Origin: Selaginella moellendorffii
Lineage: Eukaryota > Plantae > Lycopodiophyta
Assembly: GCF_000143415.4 (NCBI RefSeq)
Contig: NW_003314267.1
Location: 544,908-608,907, forward strand
Length of the DNA: 64,000 nucleotides
Direction of reading: 5' to 3'
Shown: positions 25,201 to 35,901 of the stretch, in pieces
Position numbering within the stretch: the stretch's first letter is position 1
Layout of the letters: each line of letters starts with the position of its first letter
Position numbers and translations under genes: made by a program
Notes under the pieces: model-generated
Seen by the model: only the letters and a program-made list of their open reading frames with translations
The model's database searches: none
Told to the model about the DNA's origin: nothing

Positions 25201-27857
25201 GATTGTTGTGAATATTCAAACACGAGGACTGAAAAACGCACTGGTGGCGCGTCGAAGAAGGACAAACAGACAAGCAATAGGGAAAAAGGAGGTACAAATT
25301 ATATTTGCAATGGCATGTGGTCTCATGCCATTCCTTGCAGGAGACACTTCTTTAAAGGCAAAATAGGCAAGCACCAGCCAAGCTCAAACTGACAGTGGTC
25401 ATAAAAAGTGAAAGCACGTTGGACAGTCGTCGGGATCAGAGGCGTTTGATTCGAAAAGGAAGAAGGGCAACGAAAAGATGATAGGTAATGCCTCACGGTT
25501 ATGGCATGTGTGCTCATGCCATTCATTGCAGATCAAGGGCTGAGTGAAAGTAGCCAGTCACCACCTCCTAACTCAGATTCCTATGGCGGACTCCCCTTCC
25601 CCAATCTCAATGGAGAGGTACAATGGATGAGGGATGCTTTTCAAGTCAGGGCCACGTTTTTCTCATCTCGTCATCTTTGAAGGGTGCAAGAACGTGCAGA
25701 AACCATATTAAGACAGTCGGGTGAGGATACGGTCCTAGGTCACGCACTAAAACAGGCTATGGATGTCTTGTATTTTGAGATGGAGACTCGGCCAGATGAT
25801 TTTCCCAAGATGGTCCTGGAAGAACAAGCCATCCAGCCTGAGCAGCCTATGGAATAAATGCAGGAGGGGGATGAGGAGCCAGAGAAAGATAATGAGCAGG
25901 AAGAGCAGAAGGACGAAGAGGAGGACAAAGAAGAGGAGGACGAAGAAGAGGAGGACAAAGAGGACTTGGATGGTCCTCACAATGGTGATGATCACAATAA
26001 CGACGACGATGATGATGACGACAATGGCCAACCTGAGGTGGCCAAAGAGCAGCGGAGGAAGGTCATACAAGACAAACCATCAGGTAAATAATAGTACATC
26101 CATTCCTAACCTTTTACTATTTCTAACATTGTCCATGTAGGTTGCAGAGCAAATGGTAAGTAGAGATTATTCAGTTGAATTAAGATACAAACTCTAGCCT
26201 TTAGTGTCAAGGAAGGATAGTGCCAAGCAAGGGTCGAAACGTATGTCCAATCCTTCAGAATCAGCAGTGCGCCCAAGTGATATCGGTCCTAGTTCCTCAA
26301 TAGCAGTTGATGGTAAATACAGTATAGTCGATTCAATGTGCTAATGAGTTTGTTTTTAGTAGCCAGTAGGGAGGATACCATCTCAATCGAAGGGAGATAT
26401 TTGGACATGCATATGGATCCGCCAGTGGACTCTACTTGCCTGCAAGAGTCATCAGAGCTGGTGGAGACTACTATCCATATCAACGCCAAGCAAGCTGACC
26501 ACGCTCCACTTGATGCTGCCCATACCACTGAATCAATCTTGTCCACGTATCCAACTGACAGTGACCAGGTGCCATTGGACCCGCATGAGGCCGCCCCAGC
26601 CGCCAAGCCGGTCATATCCTCATTTCCAACGGACTCAATGTGTGCCCAATCGTCTGACTACGTGCCGTTGGAACCTCCCTACACTGCCCCTGCTGCCTGT
26701 TCGGTCATGTCCACTTTGCCAATGGAGGCACCAGCTGAAATGGCGCGTGATCACACGCCATCGGAACCACCCCATGCCACTGTTGAGCCAGTTGTACTAG
26801 AGTCTACAGCTGAAATGGCATGTGCCCACACACCATCGGATGCAATTGACCCCACATTGTAGAGGAGAGTATTTCCGCCCTTCACGTTTCCTCGACCAAA
26901 ACCCTCTCAACGACCATCGGGAGCACCATTCGCTAATATTGTAGATGGTAAAATTGACTTGTACCATTTTTTATGCTGACGCATTTCATTTCAGAGTCAC
27001 GGCGAAGGTACTGTATCGTTTTTGATCTGAACAGTGTCCTTTTCTCCCATGAGCGTGGCTCGTCCTCGAATGTCACTGCACCCTCCAAAGCCTGCGGTCG
27101 CAAGTTGGTCAAAAGAGACAGATTCACATTAATCACACGGGAAAAACTGCGGGATCTAATAATGACCATACGACACTTAAAACAGAGGGCCGGGTTCAAT
27201 TTGCAATTGGGAGTTTGGACATCTATGATGTGCCACAATGCATTAATGTTGCTACAGATGATGCACGATCAGACGCGAGTAATATTACCATTTGACTTTC
27301 TCGTAACGCAGGAGGATTGCTTGACTATGGTCCATGTGAGGGGTAGCAAGCCCATCTTCGTCAAGCCAGAGGCTGTAGTGATGAACCGGACTACTAGGTC
27401 AAGTGAAATCCTCATCATCGATGACTCGCCGATTAAAACTGCAGTGAACACGCACACATATGCAGTGCACCCCATCTCTTGCAGTATGGAAACTAGGGAG
27501 AAGAAACCGTATGTTCTAGGGGACCTTGCAAAACGGCTTGGAGCGATGGTGATAGAGAACCGGCCAGTCCAGGAGGTGGCTGCAGAAATCAACCAAATGG
27601 CAAATGGAACGGTATATCAGAAGCCATTTGATCGGACAGACACCAGTCATCATTTATGGCATGTATATTGTCTAGCCAAGCACTATCCGCATCTCCATAA
27701 TCTGCTCAACCAGATGGGTTCTTCGACCACTGAACATGAGCATGGACGTATTAGAGAAGAGATGGCATTACTATTGGGTTTAAATCCTGATAGTGTGGAG
27801 AGTGATGAAATTCCAAGATTATTGTATAGGCGTTGGAGGCAAAAAATAACAGTTTGA
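22225..27857 (+). pseudogene. Multi-exon cargo gene: ParB-like domain / methyltransferase-like fold / acidic linker / NIF-FCP1 HAD domain, disrupted
   Basis: ATG 22225 followed by GTAAGT; intron 22228-22466; large exon from 22467; probable introns 23646-23699, 25028-25076, 25164-25201, 25292-25340, 25485-25531 and 26948-26994; stops at 23340, 23370, 24529, ~24907 and 26860; frameshifts at ~23940 and ~24735. Confidence 0.7.
26995..27857 (+). CDS. NIF/FCP1-like HAD phosphatase domain (open terminal exon)
   Basis: YCIVFDLNSVL (motif I, DLN variant), LGVWTS (motif II), QEDC..KPIFVKP, ILIIDDSPIK (motif IV); spliced in frame to the upstream exon (IVD-E-SRRRY). Confidence 0.8.
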
Positions 27858-28275
27858 GATGGCATATATTTATTTAAAAATGTAACTTATTATGGCATGG
27901 GGTTCCATGCCATTGTATTAATATTAAAAGACAATTCTTTGAGAGGATTTGCATTATACTAGAAGTGTTACAGCATGTTATTGGAAGTCTACGAAGTTGT
28001 TTTATTAATAAGGGGAAAGTAAAGATTGAATGGGGACTTGGGCTCCACCTAGACTCAGAGCAACTGAGCCAATATTAAAAGGATGGAAAGAAATTGGACG
28101 ACGATGACAAGGAGAAGAGAGAGGTGAAGCAGTGGCAGGGGGAGGAGAAGTGATTGAGTAGACATTTCCTTGTTTAAAATAAAATGGCATGTGCCTCAAT
28201 GCAGTTGAATTTTGTTATATTTATATACTATATAAAGGTTTGGAAACCTTATTTTACAAGTGGGATAATGACAAT

Positions 28276-28299
28276 TCCCACTTTAACGAAATAGAGCGT
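28276..28299 (-). repeat. Right TIR
   Basis: tcccactttaacgaaatagagcgt, followed by TSD ACTA. Confidence 0.92.
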
Positions 28300-28644
28300 A
28301 CTACAAAATTTTATACTTATATAAGTTTGAGCTATTGGTAAACCAGAATAGGAGTTAAATTGTGACTATGGATGAGATGAGGGTGAGAAATTTTTCATTT
28401 CTTACAAACTTCTTTCTCAAATTGCTGCAAAAATCCCCCCCAAAGCCCTCCAAAAACTTGCATGCTCATATGGCGGCAAAATTAGGATGGGCAAAATTTT
28501 TAAATGATGTGGCAATTTAGCTATGTGGCATTATTTTATTTATGTATTTTACCAAGTTTCAGGCTTCAAAAGAAATTTATAAGGGAGACACCAAGTTCCC
28601 CCCTTCCCCCTTATTTTTGGTGCTATGCCACCAAAGGGGGGTAT

Positions 28645-29441
28645 TGTAGTGCACTTTATCTCTCTCCCTTTAAGCCAATTGGAAAAGGGGCAATTGCTTG
28701 ATGAGAGATCCCTTAGTGACTATTTCATCCCCATTTATCTCTCAAAGTTCCAAGGATCCACAGTGACAGTATATTCAAATCTCATCCCATAATCACATGC
28801 GCTACACTCACCCCTCCTTCAGAGATATCAATGTCTTCATTAACTATTGACTATTGAGCCAAGGGGAACCAGTACCTCCATTTCTGCATTGAATCTACTA
28901 ATCCTTCTATTGTGTAAAAGTTATTCTATGTGAGGTAACTAGTCATCCATTCATACCGCCCATAGTGGATACTCTACATAAGAGGAAGGATGTATGCATG
29001 GATGCCCAATACGTACGATTTCAAATTTAGGGGTAGGAATATACCTTACTCAAGGGTATTCCATGTGAGGTAGCTAGTCATCCACCCATACCGCAGTCCT
29101 ATAGTGGATACCTTCGTCTGTGGATACTCCACATAAAAGGAAGGACGTACGCATGGATGCCCAATATGTACGATTTCAAATTTAGGGGTAGGAATATACC
29201 TTGCTCAAGGGTATATTATATTTTTAAGTAGCCACTAATCAATGGGAATCGAACCCATGCCATTTGCTCTGATACCATATGTAGCGCACTTTATCTCTCT
29301 CCCCTTAAGCCAACTGAAAAAGGGGCAATTGCTTGATGAGAGAGCCCTTAGTGGCTATTTTATCCCCATTTATCTCCCAAGGTTCCAAGGATTCACGGTG
29401 ACAATATATCCAAATCTCATCCCATGATCACATGCGCTACA
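28645..29441 (-). mobile_element. TRIM (miniature non-autonomous LTR element)
   Basis: 162-bp LTRs 28645-28806 and 29280-29441 (TGTAG..CTACA); reverse-complement PBS gctctgatacca before the right LTR; PPT ctcacccctcc after the left LTR; internal ~140-bp tandem duplication; TSD imperfect (GGTAT/CTTAT). Confidence 0.88.
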
Positions 29442-29599
29442 CTTATGGAATCTAAGGTTTTATTTCTCCCCTTGGAAATTTTCCCCCCAAGGTAGAGTAT
29501 AGAACCCCACCCTTAAGCACATGTCAGGCATAGGCATATGGCAGACGATTATAAAAGTAGTTACTAGCAATGGGGAAATGGTTAGACTCTTTTTCTAAT

Positions 29600-31460
29600 C
29601 CATTTTTACTCAAGTTTGTACTTGTATCTTTTGCGACTTAAGTTAGCTTTAAATGATTACATGTGTGAACTTTTTAAAGTTTTTAGGATAAGGCAGTTAA
29701 TTATTCTGGTCCTAAAATTGACTTATGTGTGACTTAAGTTTATGTGTTAATGGGTCAATGTGTATAAAATTCAATTCCTTTGTCCTAACTTAAGTCACCT
29801 CTTGGGCATGACTTATTTTAGGACTAAGGAAGCTTATTGCATCATCTTTGTATTGTCTTTGGTATGTATCATCTAGGTGACAGTTCTTGTAGCAATTGCA
29901 CCTAAAATGTAGGGTAAAGGAGGATCAAGCACAGTGTTTGATGATCAAGAGTAGCAATTGATGGGTGATGGACATATACAAACTGTGAAAGTATAGCCTA
30001 TCAAGGTTTGAAGCTAGATGTGTCAAAAACATTACCACAGGGATAATTGGCTTGTGGTAGCTAAGTGTTCATAGTGACATTGCTTTTTGATCCTTTGATG
30101 TCATTGTGAAGTAGAATTTACCAAGTGTTGGATTGTTCACCCACCAATAGGGAATATGAGCTAGGTTTAGACTATTGTGAGACAGGCTAGTTTTACCCAC
30201 TAATGCCTTGTGTCACAATAGTAATTGAACTTAGTATAAGAGGAATTGTTGATTCGCACAATTGGTCATTGCACTTGATTGAAAAGCTAGTGGTGCAAAG
30301 CTACTATGTATGGGATTATAACTAAATGACTCTAAGTCAGAATCCATGCTAGATGTGGTGCCATCTACCTCTTGTGTTGTTACTTGATCTTAGATAGGGG
30401 TGCCATGTGCACCCTAGGGGACTTGTGCATGACTAAGCTTGCTGCTTGTGCTGAACCTATAAACACACATTGAACAACTTGGGAGATAAATCCTTTGCAA
30501 TGACTTAAATAAGGGATGGAGTACTATAAGTGGTAGAGTAGCCTTGCTGCTATGATCTACTAAAGTTCATCCTTCTGTCTCCAAGATTTTCCCTCAACAA
30601 TGGCTTCACTAGTTTTGGTTCCTCCAGGCCTTGGCTACAGGCCTTGGCTCCTCCATGCCTTGGCTCCTGTAGGCCTTGGCTCCTCCAAGCCTTGGCTCCC
30701 AGCTCTCCCAACACTAGTGAGGTTTTGAGTAGTCCCAGAAGTCCAAGAAGTCCCAGGAGTCTGGCTACTTGATGGTGGGAGCAGTCAAGTAGTTGGACTT
30801 TTGGGACTTCTCGGACTCCTGGGATTACTTGGACTCCTGACATGTTAGATTGTATCACAGCCTAAATCATGTGGCATATGGAGCGAGTGACCCAGGTAGA
30901 GCAGCGGTTAGGGGTTGGGAGGACTCTCGGGAGTCTGAGTAGTCTCGAGAGTCTGAGAAGTCCTGAGAGTCAAGGCTGCTTGACTGCTCCTATTCAAATT
31001 CAAAAACTCAGTCCCACCTCAACTTAACTTGTTTTTAGTTAAGCCAGTATCAATTCACATTTAAAACTTAAGTCCCCAATTTAAAAACATATACCCACAG
31101 TAGTATATGCTCAAAGAATTTAGCCTAAGTTTTACAACTTAAGATGTTTTTATACATCATTCCTAAAATTACAAATAAAAGTCATCCAAGCCACAAGCTA
31201 CATCATATACCCATGTCAAAAGTGGCACCAAGAAGCCCCTCTGTTCCTAAAATAAGTCACCTCTTAACTTAGGTATAAGGATTTAGAAGTTAGGTTGGGA
31301 ATGTACTTAAGTCAATTTTAAATACACCTCATGTGTGAACACTACATAACTTCTCAACTTTCTTAAGAAATCTGACTTGAAAATGATGTAAGATTCATGG
31401 TGTGTGAGGGCATCCTCATTCTAAAGTGGACTTAAGTGTGACTTAAGTTACATATCCTAA
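29600..31460. mobile_element. Possible foldback/TIR element with ACTTAAGT-rich inverted arms enclosing rDNA
   Basis: tgacttattttagga (~29809) vs tcctaaaataagtca (~31245); taaaattgactta (~29714) vs taagtcaatttta (~31308); boundaries approximate. Confidence 0.45.
29972..30590 (+). pseudogene. Degenerate 26S (LSU) rRNA 3' fragment followed by IGS-like repeats
   Basis: ttaccacagggataa, ccaagtgttggattgttcacccaccaataggga, ctaagtcagaatcc, gtagccttgctgc are conserved LSU segments; many C>T/G>A changes and deletions; gccttggctcc repeats follow at 30628-30700. Confidence 0.9.
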
Positions 31461-31639
31461 CCTAGCTTAATTTTTTTTGAGTTATGTTAGGATTGATTCA
31501 CACTAGGGCAGGATTGATTCACACTAAACAGAATGTCCTTCATTTTTGCATTTTGTACAAAAGACTCCTTGTTTAAGCTTAATTAAAGCTAACTTCTTCA
31601 ATACATGTTTAATGTCTTTACCCTATGTCTATTTCTTCT

Positions 31640-34430
31640 TGGTTTTGATTAGTATTTCTTCCTCTTCATCATCAGAGTCATCATTAGCTGAGAAGATTAA
31701 CCTTTAGTGAATTGCTTAAACCGTTTCTCAAGTTTTAAGATTCCTTGAGAAAGTGAATCAACACTTTCTTTCATCAAGTGTATCAGCCAAGGCTATCATG
31801 TTTTGATAGGCTTCTAGTAATCCTTGTATATAAGATAAACTCTTGCCTTTATCAGTGATTAGATATTTACATTTCTTTGCATGTAAGTTGAATCGTCTAC
31901 ATTCTCCATCGAAAGGGAACCCTAGATTATATTCCTCTCTGCACGGAAGCATATTCACGATATGTGGTGGAATATCCCATGCCTAATCTTCGTTGGGAAA
32001 AGTATGGCTTGATGCTGTTCCTGATTGTTCATCTTGACAATCTGGTTGAATTTTTTTATGCAATTCTGAATCTTCTGACTTACTTCTTGTGAAAATCATA
32101 TATGTAGTTATGCTTCCAATTGTACTCATCAAGTTGATGATTGCCATTGTGGTTGCTGATCTTGAAAGTTTGGTTGGTGAGCTTTGGGTTGTATAAACCC
32201 CTTGATCTAAAGTGTCATCCTCAATCAAGTTTGAATCTGGTGTAGTTGTGATAGATGTTTTCTCACTTGGTCTTTGGGAACTAGTAATTCCTGTTTTGTT
32301 TTGAAATTCTTGTTCAACTTTATCTCATAACTCAGTTATTATACACTCTTGTTCCTCTGTATGTTTTAGTTGGAAAATGTTCCTTTGTTCATTTCTTATT
32401 TGGTTTCGTAAATCTCTTTCTTGAGCTTTTATAGGATTGGTCCTATTGGGGTACATTTAGTTATCTAAATATATTGAGATATTCTTGTTTTAAAAACCTT
32501 CACTTTGGTGGTATATTTGTGTAAAGTTGAAGTCAAGCTATATGTCTTGAGTCTTCTAGTTAGTCTCTTGAAATTAGGCATTCAAGCCTTAAATCTTCAA
32601 GGTATAATTGGATTCAAGCTCTATGTCTTGAGTATCCTTGTAATAATATTTGTTTGAAGGTGTATATGTGTATGTATTATTATCCTGAAACTTGTTTGTT
32701 TGGAAGTCAATCTATATCTTCAATCATAATCAGAAGTCAAGCTCCCGGCTTGAATCTTCAATCGAGTATTTCTTTCTCGATTCTTCCCGAGTCTCTACTC
32801 GAGGTTACTTTCCTACTTGGACTCAAGAAAGGTATTTTTATATGGTTAAAGTAGTTGATAAGATGTCAGGTGTGGTGCTCTTTTCCAACATTTGGATCGA
32901 ATAGATATATATATTATCAAGATCCAACAAATTTCTTTAGCTTTGATCTCGTGTGTGCACAGAACTATGCAGCATTCTTTTCTCTAAGGTCCTTTCTTTA
33001 TCTTGAGGTAGGTATGTTCATGTATAGCACTTTTGTCGAGTGTAAAATCTCCTTGATCTAATGTGTTGTAAACTAAACTAAAGTAACATTTCTGTATTCA
33101 ATTAGTAATCGCTTGTTTACTTCCTGCAACTCTGTAATTTCTCATGTCTATCAAATGAATTCTTGATCTTGTTAGCTTCTTATGTTAACTCATTGGTTTT
33201 GCCTTACATGTCACCTTCAATTTCGTGATGGTTCATTTCTCTGATTCTGTACTTGCTAGTGTTGTTTAACTTCCCTCTGTTGTATAGCATGTTCTCTTTC
33301 ACGATTAGAGTTGATTGCTTCGCAAGCTTCCCAAGGTATAGTCTCAATTAATATTCTTGCATTTTAAGTTTGAAATCTTGACACAGGATCCCCTAAAATA
33401 CTCCTTAAAATGTTGAGATTTCTTGGATACACCCTTCCTTGTTTGTTGTGAGTGATATTTATCTCTAAGCTAGGGCTTCGACATTAGACCTCAGTGTTAA
33501 AGTTGAAGTTTGTTACAGCATTTAATCTTAGCCCATTTTGATTCCATCTTAAATTTCTCCTTCTTTGATTCGTAGTCCTTGAGCTTTCAAGTTGTTCCTT
33601 TGAACTTGACTCAAGTTTAGGTTCCCATCGGTTTTTTGAACTCGAATTCCTAATTCAAATTTGTCAATTTCTTTGTCCTTGATTTCTTAATTCTCTAGCT
33701 ATTCTTGTCCATCCTAAATGATGCCAATATGCTATAATATATAATTCGATAAGAGTGCTTGTTGGTAGCGTTACATCAAGAGGACTTTGAAGAAGTCGAT
33801 AAAGTAATTTTGCATTCTCTTCAAAATCTCTAAATCTAAGAGTGTCAACAAACTAACAAACTTGTGGTTCAAAGGTTCTACACTCTGTTGCTACTATGAC
33901 TCTCATCAATGTTAAAAATAAGCGTTAATGGTTGAAAAGTTTCATATTTACGTATGCCTAGAAATTCGATAATTGTTTGTTGAAAGATGTGTTCGCCATA
34001 CACCCAAGTTAAGGTTTTTCGAGTTGTAAAGAAATTGAAGTAAACATATTTTTCTTTCAATATTTCCTCATTTTCACATTCTTCCTATTTGCTAGACAAT
34101 TCGTAAAAGAGTTATAAAATTGTTTCTTGGAGTTTTAGAAAGCAACTGAAACTTTGTTTCTCTTCTTGTTCTAAGCTATCGTTAATCTTTTTGATTTTGT
34201 ATTCTTGGGTAATTTCTTTCACCTTATTTTCTCGGTTTTTTCTAACTTCTATTGCAGATTTTTCATCCTTGATTCTTAACTTTGCTTTTGTTAGTTTGCA
34301 AGTGTTGCAACGCTATTTAGGACAATATTGTGTGTATGGTTTGGCACAATTCCTAAAACCACACAAAAGGTAATCTTCATATCTTGTACACTTGGGATCA
34401 TTGAATGGACATTCATGCTTGATCATTCTT
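31640..34430 (-). pseudogene. Long decayed ORF of unknown origin with a Cys-rich N-terminus
   Basis: Manual translation MIKHECPFNDPKCTRYEDYLLCGFRNCAKPYTQYCPK*RCNTCKLTK...; same-strand ORF pieces at 33878-34060, 31983-32228 and 31758-31958. Confidence 0.45.
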
Positions 34431-35785
34431 CATGTTTTCATGTTTGTTAACTTGCTTGCTTTGATTTCTTGTCAAAAATTCTTCAAATATTCTGATGTGT
34501 AGAATATTTTTTGTCTTTAATTATGGAAAATGCTTGGACTTTTTGAGAAGTGGGCGATCACTAGATGATTGTAGTCTTCAAGCTATTAGTCTCTAGCATG
34601 ATTGCCATGCCTCTTGCTTTAGGATTTTGTCAATTTTCTTCTTTTTCATTTTGTTTTCTTCTTTTTGTCTCTTTTCAATTTTTCCCACAATTCTTGACTT
34701 CAGCTTCTTCTTCTAGTTGTGGCCAAGGCTTCTAGTCTTCATTCTTTGGGTGCTCTTCACTTCACCTATCCCACCATGGTTGCCAAAGTGGATAACTACA
34801 AAATCACCTCTACAATAATCATGTGTAATATATGGCCAAGGATATAAAAAGACAGAAAGGGGATAGGTCTAGTGTGCTATCACTAGCCTATATATTCATT
34901 ATATGCTCAGTCATCCAAGTCAGAAATTTGGACTGGTAGAAATCCTGATCTCAATTCCTATCACAATGCAAAATGCATATACCTCTCTAAGGGATGTACT
35001 TTAGCAGAGATTTGGAAGGCCTGCTACACTAGGATGTTCAATGATAAAAGCCCCTCAACTTGGGCAACAATCTCAAAGGTTTGGTCATGATTGATTGTCT
35101 CACTAGTATCTAGAGTGGACACGCTGATAAAAAGAGGAAACGAAGGGAAGATTGTGTAGGAACATGTTCTTTTGCAGTTCTTTAGACTTGGAAGCGAGGC
35201 TAGTGAAGACGAATGGATTTGGAAACCACCAATATGGCTCTAGCATCACTTGTTCAGGAGTGATAGAACATGTACCTCCCCAAGTCCCTCGAACTCCCCA
35301 TCAAAGACTTTGACCACACGAACCATGACAAACATAAACTCAAGCTTCAGTTCAGCTCTAGCCCCCTCACCCCCCTACCCCCGCCCCTTTCTCTTTTCCA
35401 GTTTCAAGCATGTTGAAACTAGACTCTATGGTTTTGTAAAGACTAAATAAGTAAAACCCGGTTGACAAACTCGAACTACCAAAACCCCAAGTTTAGCAAG
35501 AAGAGGAGTGCCTTGAGAGTTGACTTTTGAGCTTGATCTAGAGTAGGACTAAGAGTAGGAGAGAAATAAAGACAATGTGGAGAAGCAAGCCATGCCTTGG
35601 TTTCACTAAATTTGCATGTTTCATAAGTGAGAAAGTGTTAAGAGTACTCTTTTAGTCACTGTGAGCTCCCCAGTTGGATTTTCCATGATTTCTTTTCATG
35701 GCTGGAGAGAGCACATCCTCACAATCCATCTGAGTCCAAGAATGATTTGGAGCCAGGAATTAGGAGATTAAGGTGACCCTATCTC

Positions 35786-35901
35786 TGGCGGTGGCTAGGG
35801 TATGGATGACCTAAGGATTGTGGCGGTGGCTAGGGTATGGATGACCTAAGGATTGTGGCGGTGGCTAGGGTATGGACGACCTAAGGATTGTGGCGGTGGC
35901 T
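35786..35901 (+). repeat. 35-bp minisatellite x3.3
   Basis: tggcggtggctagggtatggatgacctaaggattg repeated almost perfectly. Confidence 0.95.

Larger units (their letters stand above)
16009..28205. repeat. Dispersed 22-bp palindrome ATGGCRTGWGGCCWCAYGCCAT, about 20 copies
   Basis: Copies start at 16009, 16098, 16698, 16858, 17004, 18346, 19992, 20062, 20160, 20767, 20842, 22253, 22330, 22390, 23667, 25169, 25310, 25501, 27892 and 28184, plus weaker ones at 15750, 16505 and 16618; none noticed outside the TIRs. Confidence 0.92.
15524..28299 (-). mobile_element. 12.8-kb TIR DNA transposon, Sola-like, carrying a cargo gene
   Basis: 24-bp TIRs with 1 mismatch (15524-15547; 28276-28299); 4-bp TSD ACTA (15520-15523, 28300-28303); DDD-type transposase inside. 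Confidence 0.88.

Noticed and set aside
16009-28205. Palindromic repeats as a CRISPR array
   Set aside because: Irregular spacing from tens to thousands of bp, no uniform spacers, no cas genes, eukaryotic context
29972-30590. Functional rRNA gene
   Set aside because: Partial, with many transitions and deletions in invariant positions
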